Source: Candidatus Electrothrix sp. GW3-4 (GTDB lineage Bacteria > Desulfobacterota > Desulfobulbia > Desulfobulbales > Desulfobulbaceae). Taken from it: a stretch of 32,000 nucleotides of DNA. Positions within the stretch are counted from its first letter, which is position 1, and each line of letters begins with the position of its first letter. Below, in pieces: positions 15,028 through 25,202 of the stretch. The translations under genes and the position numbers were made by a program. The notes under the pieces are model-generated. The model worked only from the letters and a program-made list of their open reading frames with translations, made no database searches and was not told where the DNA came from. The stretch is taken from contig NZ_CP147990.1 of assembly GCF_037902255.1 (NCBI RefSeq), positions 1,290,001-1,322,000 on the forward strand. Reading direction: 5' to 3'.

Positions 15028-16491
15028 TTATAAAATATACCTGCTCAAATCTTCATTGTCGGAAATATCAAGCAGTTGTTGCTGAACATATTCCGGCGTG
15101 ACGACAAAGGTTCGCTCCTCGCGCTCTGTGGCATCAAAGGAAAGCTCGTCTAACACACATTCCATAACTGTATGGAGGCGACGGGCACCGATATTTTCGG
15201 TCTTTCTATTGACCTCTACAGCGATCCTTGCCATTTCGCGGATGGCCTCCTCTTCAAATTGCAGCTTGATCCCCTCGGTTGCCATCAGGGCCGTGTATTG
15301 CTTGATAAGGGCGTTCTCCGGCTCTGTGAGGATACGGAAAAAATCTTCTTCGCCAAGTGGATTCAGATTAACCCGAATGGGAAAACGTCCCTGCAATTCC
15401 GGGGCAAGGTCCGAAGGTTTATTGGTATAAAACGCTCCAGAGGCAATAAAAAGGATATGATCTGTACGGACCGGACCGTATTTGGTGGTCACTGTCGAGC
15501 CTTCAACAATGGGGAGCAGATCGCGCTGGACGCCTTCTCGAGATACATCAGGTGAGCCTGAGCCGGAACCACCCCTGGAGGCGATTTTATCTATCTCATC
15601 AAGAAAGATAATCCCGGCCTGCTCAGTTCTGCGGATCGCCTTTTCTGTTACACTTTCTGTATCAACTAAGCGCTGGGCCTCTTCTTTTTTTAAATACTCC
15701 AAGGCCGCTGGTACCTTGAATCTGCGTTCCTGCTTTTGTCCTGGAAAGATCTTGGAAAAGGCGTCCTGCAAGGACGATTGCATATCTTCCATGCCAGAAG
15801 CGGAGAAAACTTCTACAACCGGTCCCTGTGGCTTTTGGCTCGTCACGCTCAGTTCGACCGTACGGTCGTCTAGCTCTCCACTATGTAGCATTCTTCGCAG
15901 TTTTTCACGAGTTCTCTCCACAGAATCAGCCTGTTGCTTTGCCGTTGTCTCGTCATGCGCCAACGAAGCTGTGTCCTGGCCAAAGGCGTCATTATAGGAG
16001 AGGGCAATAATATCCCTTGGTTCCGTTTCTCCGGTCGTCCCGGATGTTGTTGATTCGTGCTTGGGAGTAGGAGGGAGCAGGAGGTCAAGCAGGCGTTCTT
16101 CAGCTGCTGATGCTGCCTTGGCTGTTACGCCCTCTTCTTCTTCTTTGGTCACCATGTTGATGGCTAGCTGGAGGAGATCCCGGACCATGGACTCAACATC
16201 ACGGCCAACATAGCCTACCTCTGTAAATTTTGAGGCTTCAACCTTGATAAAGGGAGATTGGGCCAGGTTTGCCAATCTTCGCGCTATCTCGGTCTTGCCC
16301 ACGCCTGTGGGACCAATCATGATGATATTTTTTGGGGCAATTTCTTCGCGTAAAGGAGGTTGTACCTGCTGCCTCCGCCAACGATTGCGCAGGGCTATAG
16401 CAACGGAACGCTTAGCGTCACCCTGACCGATGATATACTGATCAAGTTTTTGGACGGTCTGTTTCGGTGTTAACGAATTCAACTCACTCAT
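15028..16491 (-). CDS. hslU: ATP-dependent protease ATPase subunit HslU
   Basis: [34 protein letters not shown], Walker [27 protein letters not shown], and a C-terminal LSRYIL-type tail. Confidence 0.97.
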   Translation of the reverse strand: MSELNSLTPKQTVQKLDQYIIGQGDAKRSVAIALRNRWRRQQVQPPLREEIAPKNIIMIGPTGVGKTEIARRLANLAQSPFIKVEASKFTEVGYVGRDVESMVRDLLQLAINMVTKEEEEGVTAKAASAAEERLLDLLLPPTPKHESTTSGTTGETEPRDIIALSYNDAFGQDTASLAHDETTAKQQADSVERTREKLRRMLHSGELDDRTVELSVTSQKPQGPVVEVFSASGMEDMQSSLQDAFSKIFPGQKQERRFKVPAALEYLKKEEAQRLVDTESVTEKAIRRTEQAGIIFLDEIDKIASRGGSGSGSPDVSREGVQRDLLPIVEGSTVTTKYGPVRTDHILFIASGAFYTNKPSDLAPELQGRFPIRVNLNPLGEEDFFRILTEPENALIKQYTALMATEGIKLQFEEEAIREMARIAVEVNRKTENIGARRLHTVMECVLDELSFDATEREERTFVVTPEYVQQQLLDISDNEDLSRYIL

Positions 16492-16556
16492 CTATATTTA
16501 AAAGGTAGAAGGAATTTTTTTAAAGGGAGATTCGGGGTCGTGCTCTGGTGCTCTGG

Positions 16557-17090
16557 CTAGACCTTTTCCACAATAAGGTTATGGTTGGTATACACGCAGA
16601 TAGAGGCTGCAATGGCCAGTGCTTCACGGGCAATGGATTCGGCATCAAGGTCGGAGTGAGCGATCAAGGCAGTTGCTGCCGCCTGGGCAAAAGGCCCACC
16701 TGAGCCGATAGCCAGAATGCCGTTGTCGGATTCGATCACATCACCACTCCCAGAGAGCAGTAAAGAAGATTTTTCATCAACAGCGATCATCATTGCCTCA
16801 AGCCGGCGCAACATTTTGTCGGTGCGCCAATCTTTAGCCAGCTCCACTGAGGAACGCATCAAGTTGCCGTTAAATTGCTCCAGCTTCTCTTCCAAGCGAT
16901 CATACAGGGTAAAGGCGTCAGCTGTTGAACCGGCAAAGCCAGTAATCACTTTATCATGGTACAGTCTGCGCACCTTGCGCGCGTTATGTTTGATAACCGT
17001 CTGCCCAAGCGAGACCTGACCATCGCCTGCAATGACCACCTCTCCCTTATGACGTATGGCAAGAATTGTTGTCGATCGTATTAATTTCAT
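16557..17090 (-). CDS. hslV: ATP-dependent protease subunit HslV
   Basis: [37 protein letters not shown] and [10 protein letters not shown]. The catalytic TT is preceded by MKLIRS. Confidence 0.96.
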   Translation of the reverse strand: MKLIRSTTILAIRHKGEVVIAGDGQVSLGQTVIKHNARKVRRLYHDKVITGFAGSTADAFTLYDRLEEKLEQFNGNLMRSSVELAKDWRTDKMLRRLEAMMIAVDEKSSLLLSGSGDVIESDNGILAIGSGGPFAQAAATALIAHSDLDAESIAREALAIAASICVYTNHNLIVEKV

Positions 17091-17095
17091 TGTAT

Positions 17096-17124
17096 ATTAT
17101 AGTTTTCTGTTGCTCCTGTGTCTC
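17096..17124 (-). promoter_or_regulatory. Sigma70-like promoter candidate GAGACA-17 nt-TATAAT directly upstream of hslV
   Basis: On the minus strand, TATAAT (17096-17101) ends 5 nt before the hslV ATG, and GAGACA lies at 17119-17124. No Shine-Dalgarno sequence is adjacent to the ATG. Confidence 0.35.
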
Positions 17125-17245
17125 CTGTAAACCCTACAAGATCAGCATAGGTTTTGTACGCAGGGTTTGAGAGGTCTTCCTCCACCTTAAGAAGGCGGCT
17201 CCTGATTGACGTGTTCAACATTAAGCATCAATCAGGTTTATGCCA

Positions 17246-17268
17246 CAAAAAAGACTTAAAAAAGTCTG
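17246..17268 (-). terminator. Rho-independent terminator after the SH3-domain gene
   Basis: AGACTT-AAAA-AAGTCT stem-loop. On the minus strand it is followed by a T-run (plus-strand A-run at 17247-17252). Confidence 0.5.
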
Positions 17269-17305
17269 TTTCGCCTTTTCTGGGAGCCGCTGGCAAAACG
17301 GCCAA

Positions 17306-17857
17306 TCAACCAACCAACGAGAAGCACCCCCCTGAGAGAAACCACATAATTTTATTGACTTCTTGAGAGGCCTTGTATTCATCTTTAATTTTATTGCATT
17401 CACTTAGGCCCAAGGCAAGCTTTTCATTCGCCGATGTTTGTAGTTTTTCAAGCTCCTCACTACTGGCTTGCTGTAGCTCTTTCATTTTTTTTAGGTCGCG
17501 GGTCAATTTTTCATTGCCTGTCTTGAGCTGCTCATTTTCTGCTCGCAGCTCACGTAGCTGCTCTACCGGCGGCTTTTCAGCGCTTAAATATCGTTTGATC
17601 ATCCAACCTTCTGTACCACTTTGAAGCCGCACCTTGGCCCAGTTACCGTTTTCTTCGAAAAATTCTACCTGGTCTCCATCTTTAACAAATTTCAAAATCT
17701 TATACTGTTCTCCCCGGCCGCGCCGTACTGGTATATCAAGATCAGGGCGAACAAACTTTATCTCTGCCGTTGCTCCTGTGCCTGGGAGCAGGGCGGCAAA
17801 CAGGGAGAGGAGTAAAAGGGGTTTTACGGGGTGTTTGTACTTTCTTGTAAGCGTCAT
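17306..17857 (-). CDS. SH3-domain protein with signal peptide, coiled coil and C-terminal TM (YgiM/TIGR04211-like)
   Basis: Signal peptide, then an SH3-like core (YKILKFVKDGDQVEFFEENGNWAKVRLQSGTEGWMIKRYL), a coiled coil, and the terminal hydrophobic segment IMWFLSGGCFSLVG. Confidence 0.78.
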   Translation of the reverse strand: MTLTRKYKHPVKPLLLLSLFAALLPGTGATAEIKFVRPDLDIPVRRGRGEQYKILKFVKDGDQVEFFEENGNWAKVRLQSGTEGWMIKRYLSAEKPPVEQLRELRAENEQLKTGNEKLTRDLKKMKELQQASSEELEKLQTSANEKLALGLSECNKIKDEYKASQEVNKIMWFLSGGCFSLVG

Positions 17858-17881
17858 TATTCTTCCTCTAAAATTACTAGA

Positions 17882-19099
17882 TCAAGAGCGGATGTGCTGG
17901 GTTGACAAAATCAAAACGCCGATCATCATCACGAGAAGGATTGAAACCGTTCCCAAGACCGGAAAAACAAGAGGGAGACCCCATCCTTGTTCAATAAACT
18001 TAATGAGTTTGACAGAGACAGCACCTACGCCGAATGTCAGGATAAACTTCATGCCATAGGCAGAACTCCGCATCCAGGCAGGAGTAAGTCTGGCCACCAG
18101 GGTGTTTTCCAAGGGCTGCATGCCCAGCAGGAAAAAGGAATGCAGCGCTGCCAGCAGGATCAAGGGTATATTCGTTACCATACCGATGAGAAAGGCAAAG
18201 GGGATGGTTATCAGATGGAATCCCAGGTAACCGTAGCGCAGGTCAAAGCGTTCCCCGAAGCGGCCCCCCATATATTGACCATACATCCCAATTAGATAAA
18301 GCATACCAATGGTTACAGTGGCGACGACGTTACCCGATATGGTGGTGGCTTGAAAGAGGCTGTTCACCGTGGTGACCACTGCGGGCAGATTGAGCTCAAA
18401 CAGGGGAGGCAAGGTCACTGTTGCCCCACGATAAACTACTCCGCCCAGCATCATACAACCGAGGAGGATAACAAATCCTCTCCAGGCGGAAAACGCCTCT
18501 TTTTCAATATGGAGGGATGGTGAGTCCTTGTACTGCTGCGTGTCTGTGGTTGCCTTGTTGGTGAGCAGGAGAAAGAGTATCCCTGCTAAGTTCATCACCC
18601 CTAAGCAGAGGTAGACCGCCTCAATCTCGAATAACCAGTTGATGAGGCCAGCCAACAAGGGGCCCATCGCAAGGCCGAGACTACCGAAGATCCCGTTGAT
18701 TGCCATTGCGGCAGCTGTACGGGAAACCCCAACTGCTATCCAGCCAAGACCAGCTGGGTGATATATCCCGGAAAAAAGCCCGATGCTGGCAAGGGCAAGC
18801 TGGAAGGCAAAGGGGCTATCTGAATAAATCGCCGCTGCCAACCCAGAGCAGCCACTGCCGAGATAAAAGAGCGCTAATAAGGGCCTGGAGCCGAATTTAT
18901 CAGCCAGCATCCCCCACGGCAGGGCCGTTATCCCGAAGAGGAGGTACATCCAGAATCCAAGGTCAAGTGTTGAGGCGAGGTCAAGGCCAAAGTTCTTTGA
19001 GAGGGGAAGGACGAGGGCCGGAAAAACCAGCATGTTAAAATGGCTCAAAAAATGGCCGTACCCGGTGGCGCTTAAAAGAGCGCGTTCTTGGCTCGTCAT
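17882..19099 (-). CDS. MFS transporter
   Basis: About 12 predicted TM helices and an MFS-like loop motif (GMLADKFGSRPLL). Confidence 0.85.
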   Translation of the reverse strand: MTSQERALLSATGYGHFLSHFNMLVFPALVLPLSKNFGLDLASTLDLGFWMYLLFGITALPWGMLADKFGSRPLLALFYLGSGCSGLAAAIYSDSPFAFQLALASIGLFSGIYHPAGLGWIAVGVSRTAAAMAINGIFGSLGLAMGPLLAGLINWLFEIEAVYLCLGVMNLAGILFLLLTNKATTDTQQYKDSPSLHIEKEAFSAWRGFVILLGCMMLGGVVYRGATVTLPPLFELNLPAVVTTVNSLFQATTISGNVVATVTIGMLYLIGMYGQYMGGRFGERFDLRYGYLGFHLITIPFAFLIGMVTNIPLILLAALHSFFLLGMQPLENTLVARLTPAWMRSSAYGMKFILTFGVGAVSVKLIKFIEQGWGLPLVFPVLGTVSILLVMMIGVLILSTQHIRS

Positions 19100-19116
19100 G
19101 GATACATACCTGCTGC

Positions 19117-20679
19117 TTATTGCTGCTCTGCTTTCTCGGTACGTTCGAGAAAATACTCATATGATTTAAGATATTTGTGTATGTTGCGAACATCCTGCGC
19201 AATATCCTTTCCCTGCTCGTTGGCTATTGTTGTTTCAACATGGTTGAACCAGATATCAGGATTATAGCCAGCCAAGGCCGCTTTTTTTCTTGCAGCAATA
19301 ACCTGCTCAGGACTTGAGATATAAGCGGCCAAGGCCATTAAATTTCGGTCCATTTCGCTCAATCTTGAGGAAAAAAAATAATGGTCAGCTAAGAAGCGGA
19401 GATAACGGGTCGCTGTCCGAATATTCTCTTCTGGTTTTCGGATTTGTTCCAGGTCTGTTTTTAAACCCGCCTGAAGGGCTGCAGAGGGATGAATACCCAT
19501 CAGCCCTACTTCGCCGTCCTCACCAAGCCAAGAGGGATCAAGTTCGGATTCCTGATAGGCAAGGGCTGTTAACAATAACGGGGGAAACGAATACTTCTTG
19601 CCATATTTTTCAAAGAGGGGCATCATGCTGTAATAGCGCTCCAGGGCAGAAAGTTTCAGGTTATTCGTGAGAAATCCGCCTTTTTGGCGATAGTATTGCG
19701 TGAGCGTACGGTGCCCATCCTGGGGGAGATAGCTGGTCTCTTTGAAATAGCTTATACTTTCTCGAAGCAAGAGGGCGTCTGGCCGAATCATCCAGGTCAT
19801 CTCTTTGGCAGTTCGTAAGGCAATCTTCGTATGCAGCTTTAAACTATGAAAAACCGTTGCCCAGAATTCTCCGATATGACTATCAACCACAGTCATGGGC
19901 AGCAGGCCTGCTGCTGTCATCTCTAAGAGATCTTCATCGTCAAGAAAGGCATCAGCAAAGTGAATTGTCACTGGTTTTCTCCCGATGGAGGTCAGGGTAT
20001 TGTTCAGTTTTTGTAAGCTGGCCACATAGGGACTGTTCTCGCGGAGAGTAATTTTCTGACCTGACAGATTAAAAATGCTTTTAAACTGGGGTGAATTGGG
20101 GCCAGTCACCAGGATCTCCTGGATTTCCGTAGCAACAGGGGAAACAACAGTAACAGACTTTTCTTGCCCCGGCGGCAGTTGCATATCAGCAACCGCAATA
20201 TCGCCTTTGCCAGCCAACAGCTCTTCAATCAGGCGTTCTTGAGGGGTTGGCAAGAAGATAAACTCCATTTTCTTGTCACCGAGGACTACCTGATCATTAA
20301 GAAATTGCTCGTATAACTTGAGTATCTCGGTGCTCAGGCCCATCTCCTGTCCGTTTGCCTGGAAAAAGAAGGTACGGGAAAAGGGGATCAGGACCCGGAG
20401 TTGTTCGCGTTTCAGTATGTCGTCAAGATCGCCGAGCCATGTCTCGCGTTGGCGCGGCGCAACATGGACGTCGGTAAAGAGCGGTGTCTGGATGGCCTCA
20501 GCTTCTTGGTGTTCGCTCGTTCTCGTCTGTACCTGCTCGCTCTGCGCAGCGCTTTCAGGTTCACTCTTGCTGCCGCCACGATCGAGAGCTGAGAGAAACA
20601 GCACAACCAGGACAAAGCCGAGTACAGCGAGCTCTAAATGTATAACCAGTTTATTGATACTCATCTGTCCAGACCGCAT
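19117..20679 (-). CDS. MltF-like protein: N-terminal TM, family-3 solute-binding domain and C-terminal SLT lytic transglycosylase domain
   Basis: LRVLIPFSRTFFFQANGQEMGLSTEILKLYEQFLN (SBP_bac_3-like) and LLTALAYQESELDP...GLMGI (SLT catalytic Glu motif). Confidence 0.82.
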   Translation of the reverse strand: MRSGQMSINKLVIHLELAVLGFVLVVLFLSALDRGGSKSEPESAAQSEQVQTRTSEHQEAEAIQTPLFTDVHVAPRQRETWLGDLDDILKREQLRVLIPFSRTFFFQANGQEMGLSTEILKLYEQFLNDQVVLGDKKMEFIFLPTPQERLIEELLAGKGDIAVADMQLPPGQEKSVTVVSPVATEIQEILVTGPNSPQFKSIFNLSGQKITLRENSPYVASLQKLNNTLTSIGRKPVTIHFADAFLDDEDLLEMTAAGLLPMTVVDSHIGEFWATVFHSLKLHTKIALRTAKEMTWMIRPDALLLRESISYFKETSYLPQDGHRTLTQYYRQKGGFLTNNLKLSALERYYSMMPLFEKYGKKYSFPPLLLTALAYQESELDPSWLGEDGEVGLMGIHPSAALQAGLKTDLEQIRKPEENIRTATRYLRFLADHYFFSSRLSEMDRNLMALAAYISSPEQVIAARKKAALAGYNPDIWFNHVETTIANEQGKDIAQDVRNIHKYLKSYEYFLERTEKAEQQ

Positions 20680-20753
20680 AATTTTTTCTCCGAGAGTTTC
20701 AGCCTTTTTTTCAGGGGCTCAGTGGAAATAAATATTTTCTTTGCCGCTGTCGG

Positions 20754-22085
20754 TTAGTTCAGGCCGTACAGGTGGGGAAAGAGCATAATCGTGAGCAGAA
20801 CCATGACCTGAAGAAAGATAAAGGGCAGCACTCCCTTATAAAGAGCAAGGGTCCCTACTTCCGGGGGGCACACGCCTTTTAAATAGAACAGTGAAAAGCC
20901 GAATGGCGGTGTCAAAAATGAGGTTTGTAAGTTCATAGCGATGAGAAGAGCAAACCACATTGGATCAACACCCACTGTCTCTGCAACCGGAAGGAGGATA
21001 GGAACGACAATATAGGATATTTCTATAAAATCAATAAAAAAACCAAGAAACATAATCACTGCCATGGAGAGCAGTAAAAAGCCCCATTTTTCACCGGGTA
21101 AGTTGAGCATGAACTCCTCAACCAGCATATCGGCCCCGGTATAGACAAAGACCATCGAAAAGGCCGTTGCCCCAATCAGCACCGTAAAAACCATTGCTGT
21201 GATTCGTACGGTTTCGCGGCAGGAGTCCAACAGGATTCGCCAGCAAAGTTTTTTATACATTGCTGCCAGCAGGAGAGCACCCAAGGCACCCACTGCGGCA
21301 GACTCTGTGGGGGTGGCAACGCCAGCAAAGATAGAGCCCAGTACCAAAACGATTAGGGTTATGGGCGGTAGGATAGCAATGAGGGCCTGTTGCCATGAGC
21401 CTTTTTTTTCCCCAACAGGAAGCTTGAACGTCGGAGCAAGATGCGGTTTGAGGTAGCTGAGCAGAAGGAGAAAGGCAATATAGCTTCCCACCAGAACCAG
21501 GCCCGGCTTGAGGGCGGCATGGAAGAGATCCCCCACAGGGAGTTGAAAGACATCGCCGAGAATAATCAAGACAATGGAAGGGGGGATAATCTGGCCAAGG
21601 GTTCCAGAAGCACAAATGGTGCCAGCTGCCAATGGTTTACTATAACCGTGTTTGAGCATCACTGGTAGGGAGATCACCCCCATAGCAATCACCGATGCCC
21701 CGACCACTCCGGTGGATGCGGCCAATAAGGTGCCGACAAGAACCGTGGAAACTGCGAGTCCGCCTCGTACCCTGCCAAAGAGTAGGCCCATGGACTCAAG
21801 GAGGCGCTCTGCTAAGGCGGATTTCTGAAGAATGATCCCCATCAGGATGAAAAGCGGGACCGCCATGAGGATGGTATTGGTCATCATGGCGTAGATCCGA
21901 AAGGGCATCAGAGAAAACATGAGAAAAAATTCTTCCATAATGCCGACAAGGCTTGGATCAGGTTGCAGCTCTGCAACCGCCCCAATGAAACCAAAAAATA
22001 TCGCAGCGGCTCCAAAAGAAAAGGCCACGGGATAGCCGAGAAGCAGGAGCAACAGGGCTGCAAAGAACATGATGATACCGATCAT
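20754..22085 (-). CDS. dctM: TRAP transporter large permease subunit
   Basis: 443 aa, polytopic, with a DctM-type sequence throughout. Its start overlaps the dctQ stop by 4 nt. Confidence 0.92.
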   Translation of the reverse strand: MIGIIMFFAALLLLLLGYPVAFSFGAAAIFFGFIGAVAELQPDPSLVGIMEEFFLMFSLMPFRIYAMMTNTILMAVPLFILMGIILQKSALAERLLESMGLLFGRVRGGLAVSTVLVGTLLAASTGVVGASVIAMGVISLPVMLKHGYSKPLAAGTICASGTLGQIIPPSIVLIILGDVFQLPVGDLFHAALKPGLVLVGSYIAFLLLLSYLKPHLAPTFKLPVGEKKGSWQQALIAILPPITLIVLVLGSIFAGVATPTESAAVGALGALLLAAMYKKLCWRILLDSCRETVRITAMVFTVLIGATAFSMVFVYTGADMLVEEFMLNLPGEKWGFLLLSMAVIMFLGFFIDFIEISYIVVPILLPVAETVGVDPMWFALLIAMNLQTSFLTPPFGFSLFYLKGVCPPEVGTLALYKGVLPFIFLQVMVLLTIMLFPHLYGLN

Positions 22086-22585
22086 TTGCCAGCCTCTTGA
22101 AATTTTCGGATATTACGCAGGATATAACCCAAGGCGGATAAGATCAGAAAACTGAAGGAGAGGGGGATCATCCCCTTGATCAGCCAACGATAGGGGAGTC
22201 CTCCAGGATCTTCCGAGATCTCTCCCATCATCCAGGAATCAGAGACAAAGGAAAAAGATCCTGCGGCAATGAGCAGGGCAAAAGGGAGGAGAAAGATCAG
22301 GGTGCCAAGGATATTAATCACGGCCTTTATCCGGTCGTTGAAGCGTTCAAAGAGAAAATCAACGCGCACATGGGCCTCTTCCTTGAGGCTGACCGAGATG
22401 CCAAACAAGAGAATGATAGCGAAAAGATGCCATTCTAACTCCTGCATGGCGACCAAGGAGTTATGAAAAAAATAACGCATAATGACATCAAGTGCGACGT
22501 TCAACACCATGAGCAGGAGAAGAAAAGCCAGTGCTCCTTCGACAAGATCAATAAGTTTTTCGATAAGTTTTTCTATAGCCCCCAT
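22082..22585 (-). CDS. dctQ: TRAP transporter small permease subunit
   Basis: 167 aa with 4 TM helices, directly upstream of and overlapping dctM. Confidence 0.86.
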   Translation of the reverse strand: MGAIEKLIEKLIDLVEGALAFLLLLMVLNVALDVIMRYFFHNSLVAMQELEWHLFAIILLFGISVSLKEEAHVRVDFLFERFNDRIKAVINILGTLIFLLPFALLIAAGSFSFVSDSWMMGEISEDPGGLPYRWLIKGMIPLSFSFLILSALGYILRNIRKFQEAGK

Positions 22586-22821
22586 GTCTCTTCTGTGCGC
22601 CTGTACGCATCTCCCCTTCGTTATCCGCTCTTTTTCAAGATGTCGTGCTGAAACCTGCTATTTGAGCATACTTTATCTTGAAGTTCAAGTCATGCGGCTC
22701 CCTTTCATTCAGGTCTCTCTACGATTAAGCTTCTGATTATGGTTTTGCCTCATCTGGTTGCCCTGTTGACTCTTCGGTATCACGAGAGAATCTTTTTTTC
22801 GATTTAGTTTCTATTCAGCTA

Positions 22822-22850
22822 TTGACTGACCGGCAAACAGTTCATATACT
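22822..22850 (+). promoter_or_regulatory. Near-consensus sigma70 promoter TTGACT-17 nt-TATACT
   Basis: Hexamers at 22822-22827 and 22845-22850, about 313 nt upstream of the ftsH ATG. Confidence 0.45.
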
Positions 22851-23163
22851 ATAAATTTCAATGGACATGTTAATCCAAGTTGTACCCCGTAAAATCGAAG
22901 TTATGCCCTTATCTTGCTGTGTTCTTGAGTGTGTAGCCCTTCTGAACATTCCCCACCCGTCTGTTTTATTATACAGGTATTACAATGTGTGGTAGCAATT
23001 TGCACTAAGGTTATGCTATACTAATAGACCTAACATACAATACGATGCTGGGTGTGCTGCGCGTTCAAGTCGTTTGAAAAACGCGGTAAATACATATTGT
23101 TATGGCCCGCATTTTTTTTCAATTTTCGAGCATTAACTTACTAACTCCTCCCGTAATATAGGA

Positions 23164-25038
23164 ATGAATACTTATAAGAATCTGAGCATGTGGCTCGTCA
23201 TCGGCCTGACAGCAATCCTTCTGGTGAATCTTTTTAATCAGAAGACAGAGTCACGTATTCCGATGACCTATAGCCAATTTTGGACCAGTGTAGAAACCGG
23301 AGCAATCCGTCAGGTAACGATCCAAGGTGATAAGGTATTGGGGCATTCCGCTGACGGTCAACCTTTTACCACCGTGACCCCGGATGATACAGAACTCATC
23401 CCCATGCTGCGCAAATCAGGGGTTGATATCTCGGTGAAGGCGCCAGATCAGGAGTCATTATGGGTGTCTATCTTTATTTCTTGGTTTCCCATGTTGCTTT
23501 TGATCGGTGTCTGGGTCTTCTTTATGCGGCAGATGCAGATGGGGGGCAACGGCAAAGGGGGAGCCCTTGGTTTTGGCAGAACCCGAGCTAAACTGCAGGA
23601 AGAAGGAGAGGTCAAAATCACCTTCAAGGATGTTGCTGGTATTGATGAGGCAAAAAATGAGCTTGAAGAAATTGTTGATTTCTTAAAAGATCCAGAAAAA
23701 TTTACCACCTTAGGTGGACGGATTCCGAAGGGTGTGCTTTTGGCAGGCCCTCCAGGGACCGGAAAGACGTTGTTGGCCAAGGCCATTGCCGGAGAGGCTG
23801 AAGTACCTTTTTTTACTATCTCAGGTTCTGATTTTGTCGAGATGTTTGTTGGTGTGGGAGCCTCCAGAGTCCGTGATCTGTTCAATCAGGGCATGAAAAA
23901 TGCGCCCTGTATTATTTTTATCGACGAGATTGATGCGGTGGGGCGGCATCGCGGTGCTGGTCTGGGCGGTGGTCACGACGAGCGTGAGCAGACCCTGAAT
24001 CAGCTCCTGGTTGAGATGGACGGGTTTAATGCCAATGACGGGGTTATTATTATCGCAGCCACCAACCGGCCTGATGTCCTGGACCCGGCCCTGCTTCGTC
24101 CTGGTCGTTTTGATCGCCAGGTCATTGTACCGGTGCCCGATATCAAGGGGCGCAAGCTGATCCTGGAAATTTACGGTGAAAAGACCAAACTGGCTGACGA
24201 TGTGGATATGGAGGTTATTGCCCGAGGTACTCCAGGATTTTCCGGTGCTGATCTGGAGAATCTGGTCAATGAAGCTGCCCTGGTTGCAGCCCGTCAGGGC
24301 GCAAAAGAGGTCACTCTGGAGTTCCTGGAAATAGCCAAGGACAAGATCATGATGGGTGCTGAGCGCAAGTCTATGATCATTCCTGATAAAGAGAAAAAGA
24401 TCACGGCCTATCATGAGGCTGGTCATGCCATTGTCGCCCGGATGCTGCCAGGGACAGATCCTATCCACAAGGTAACGATTATCCCCCGGGGCAGGGCTCT
24501 GGGCCTGACTATGCAGCTGCCCATTGACGAAAAATATACCCATTCTAAACAATATCTGCTCAATAATATCTCTATCCTCTACGGCGGTTGGGTGGCAGAA
24601 AAGATTATTTTTGGTGAGATCACCACCGGGGCAGGTAATGACATCGAACGGGCGAGCGAGTTGGCCCGCAAGATGGTCTGCGAATGGGGAATGAGCGATG
24701 AGCTGGGCCCCTTGGCCTATGGGAAAAAGGAAGAACAGATCTTTCTGGGGCGGGAGATTGCCCAGCACCGTGACTACAGCGAGGAGACTGCCCGCAAGAT
24801 TGACGAGGTGGTGAAAAAAATTATTCTCGATGCCACCACTGCCACCACGACCCTGCTGGAGGAACATATTGAGATCCTGAAGGCCGTTGCTGACGAGTTG
24901 CTGGAAAAAGAGACCATTACCCTGGAAGATATTGACCGACTTATTCAGGAGCTGAAGGGTGAGGGCGAAACAGCTGCTGCTCCTGGAGCCGAGAGCAACG
25001 AGGCATCTGGTCAGGAAGAGACCGTTGATAAGGCATAA
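23164..25038 (+). CDS. ftsH: ATP-dependent zinc metalloprotease FtsH
   Basis: Two N-terminal TM helices, Walker A GPPGTGKT, Walker B IIFIDEID, second region of homology, and zinc site HEAGHA. Confidence 0.97.
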   Translation: MNTYKNLSMWLVIGLTAILLVNLFNQKTESRIPMTYSQFWTSVETGAIRQVTIQGDKVLGHSADGQPFTTVTPDDTELIPMLRKSGVDISVKAPDQESLWVSIFISWFPMLLLIGVWVFFMRQMQMGGNGKGGALGFGRTRAKLQEEGEVKITFKDVAGIDEAKNELEEIVDFLKDPEKFTTLGGRIPKGVLLAGPPGTGKTLLAKAIAGEAEVPFFTISGSDFVEMFVGVGASRVRDLFNQGMKNAPCIIFIDEIDAVGRHRGAGLGGGHDEREQTLNQLLVEMDGFNANDGVIIIAATNRPDVLDPALLRPGRFDRQVIVPVPDIKGRKLILEIYGEKTKLADDVDMEVIARGTPGFSGADLENLVNEAALVAARQGAKEVTLEFLEIAKDKIMMGAERKSMIIPDKEKKITAYHEAGHAIVARMLPGTDPIHKVTIIPRGRALGLTMQLPIDEKYTHSKQYLLNNISILYGGWVAEKIIFGEITTGAGNDIERASELARKMVCEWGMSDELGPLAYGKKEEQIFLGREIAQHRDYSEETARKIDEVVKKIILDATTATTTLLEEHIEILKAVADELLEKETITLEDIDRLIQELKGEGETAAAPGAESNEASGQEETVDKA

Positions 25039-25134
25039 CAGGCAGAGCAATGACTTTTTATTAAGAGGCTGGCATGATGAGCAGCCCTGCTGAGAGCCGG
25101 GGCTGCGGCCCAGGCAGTACACAGAAAAAGAATC

Positions 25135-25166
25135 AAGGCACAGGACTGCTCCTGTGCCTTTTTTTT
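25135..25166 (+). terminator. Strong rho-independent terminator after ftsH
   Basis: 11-bp perfect stem AAGGCACAGGA / TCCTGTGCCTT with a CTGC loop, running into a T-run. Confidence 0.8.
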
Positions 25167-25195
25167 ATGAGGATTTTATGAGGATTTTATGAGGA
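25167..25195 (+). repeat. 11-nt tandem repeat ATGAGGATTTT, about 2.6 copies, ending in the folP ribosome-binding site
   Basis: ATGAGGATTTT ATGAGGATTTT ATGAGGAgcgctgtATG, read directly. Confidence 0.85.
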
Positions 25196-25202
25196 GCGCT
25201 GT

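Noticed and set aside
15900-16110. Extra acidic/Thr-rich low-complexity segment in the HslU I-domain (the protein is 487 aa, longer than the E. coli enzyme as I recall it)
   Set aside because: The I-domain is known to vary in length among HslU orthologues, so this is probably lineage variation and not a separate feature.
23821-25122. 433-aa ORF on the minus strand
   Set aside because: It is entirely antisense to ftsH, whose identity is unambiguous. The translation is low-complexity and Gly/Leu/Gln-rich with no motifs, so it is a shadow ORF.
25074-25181. 35-codon ORF (MMSSPAESRGCGPGSTQKKNQGTGLLLCLFFMRIL) with AAGAGG upstream, between ftsH and folP
   Set aside because: Its 3' half is simply the ftsH terminator hairpin and T-run read as codons. 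It is most likely fortuitous.
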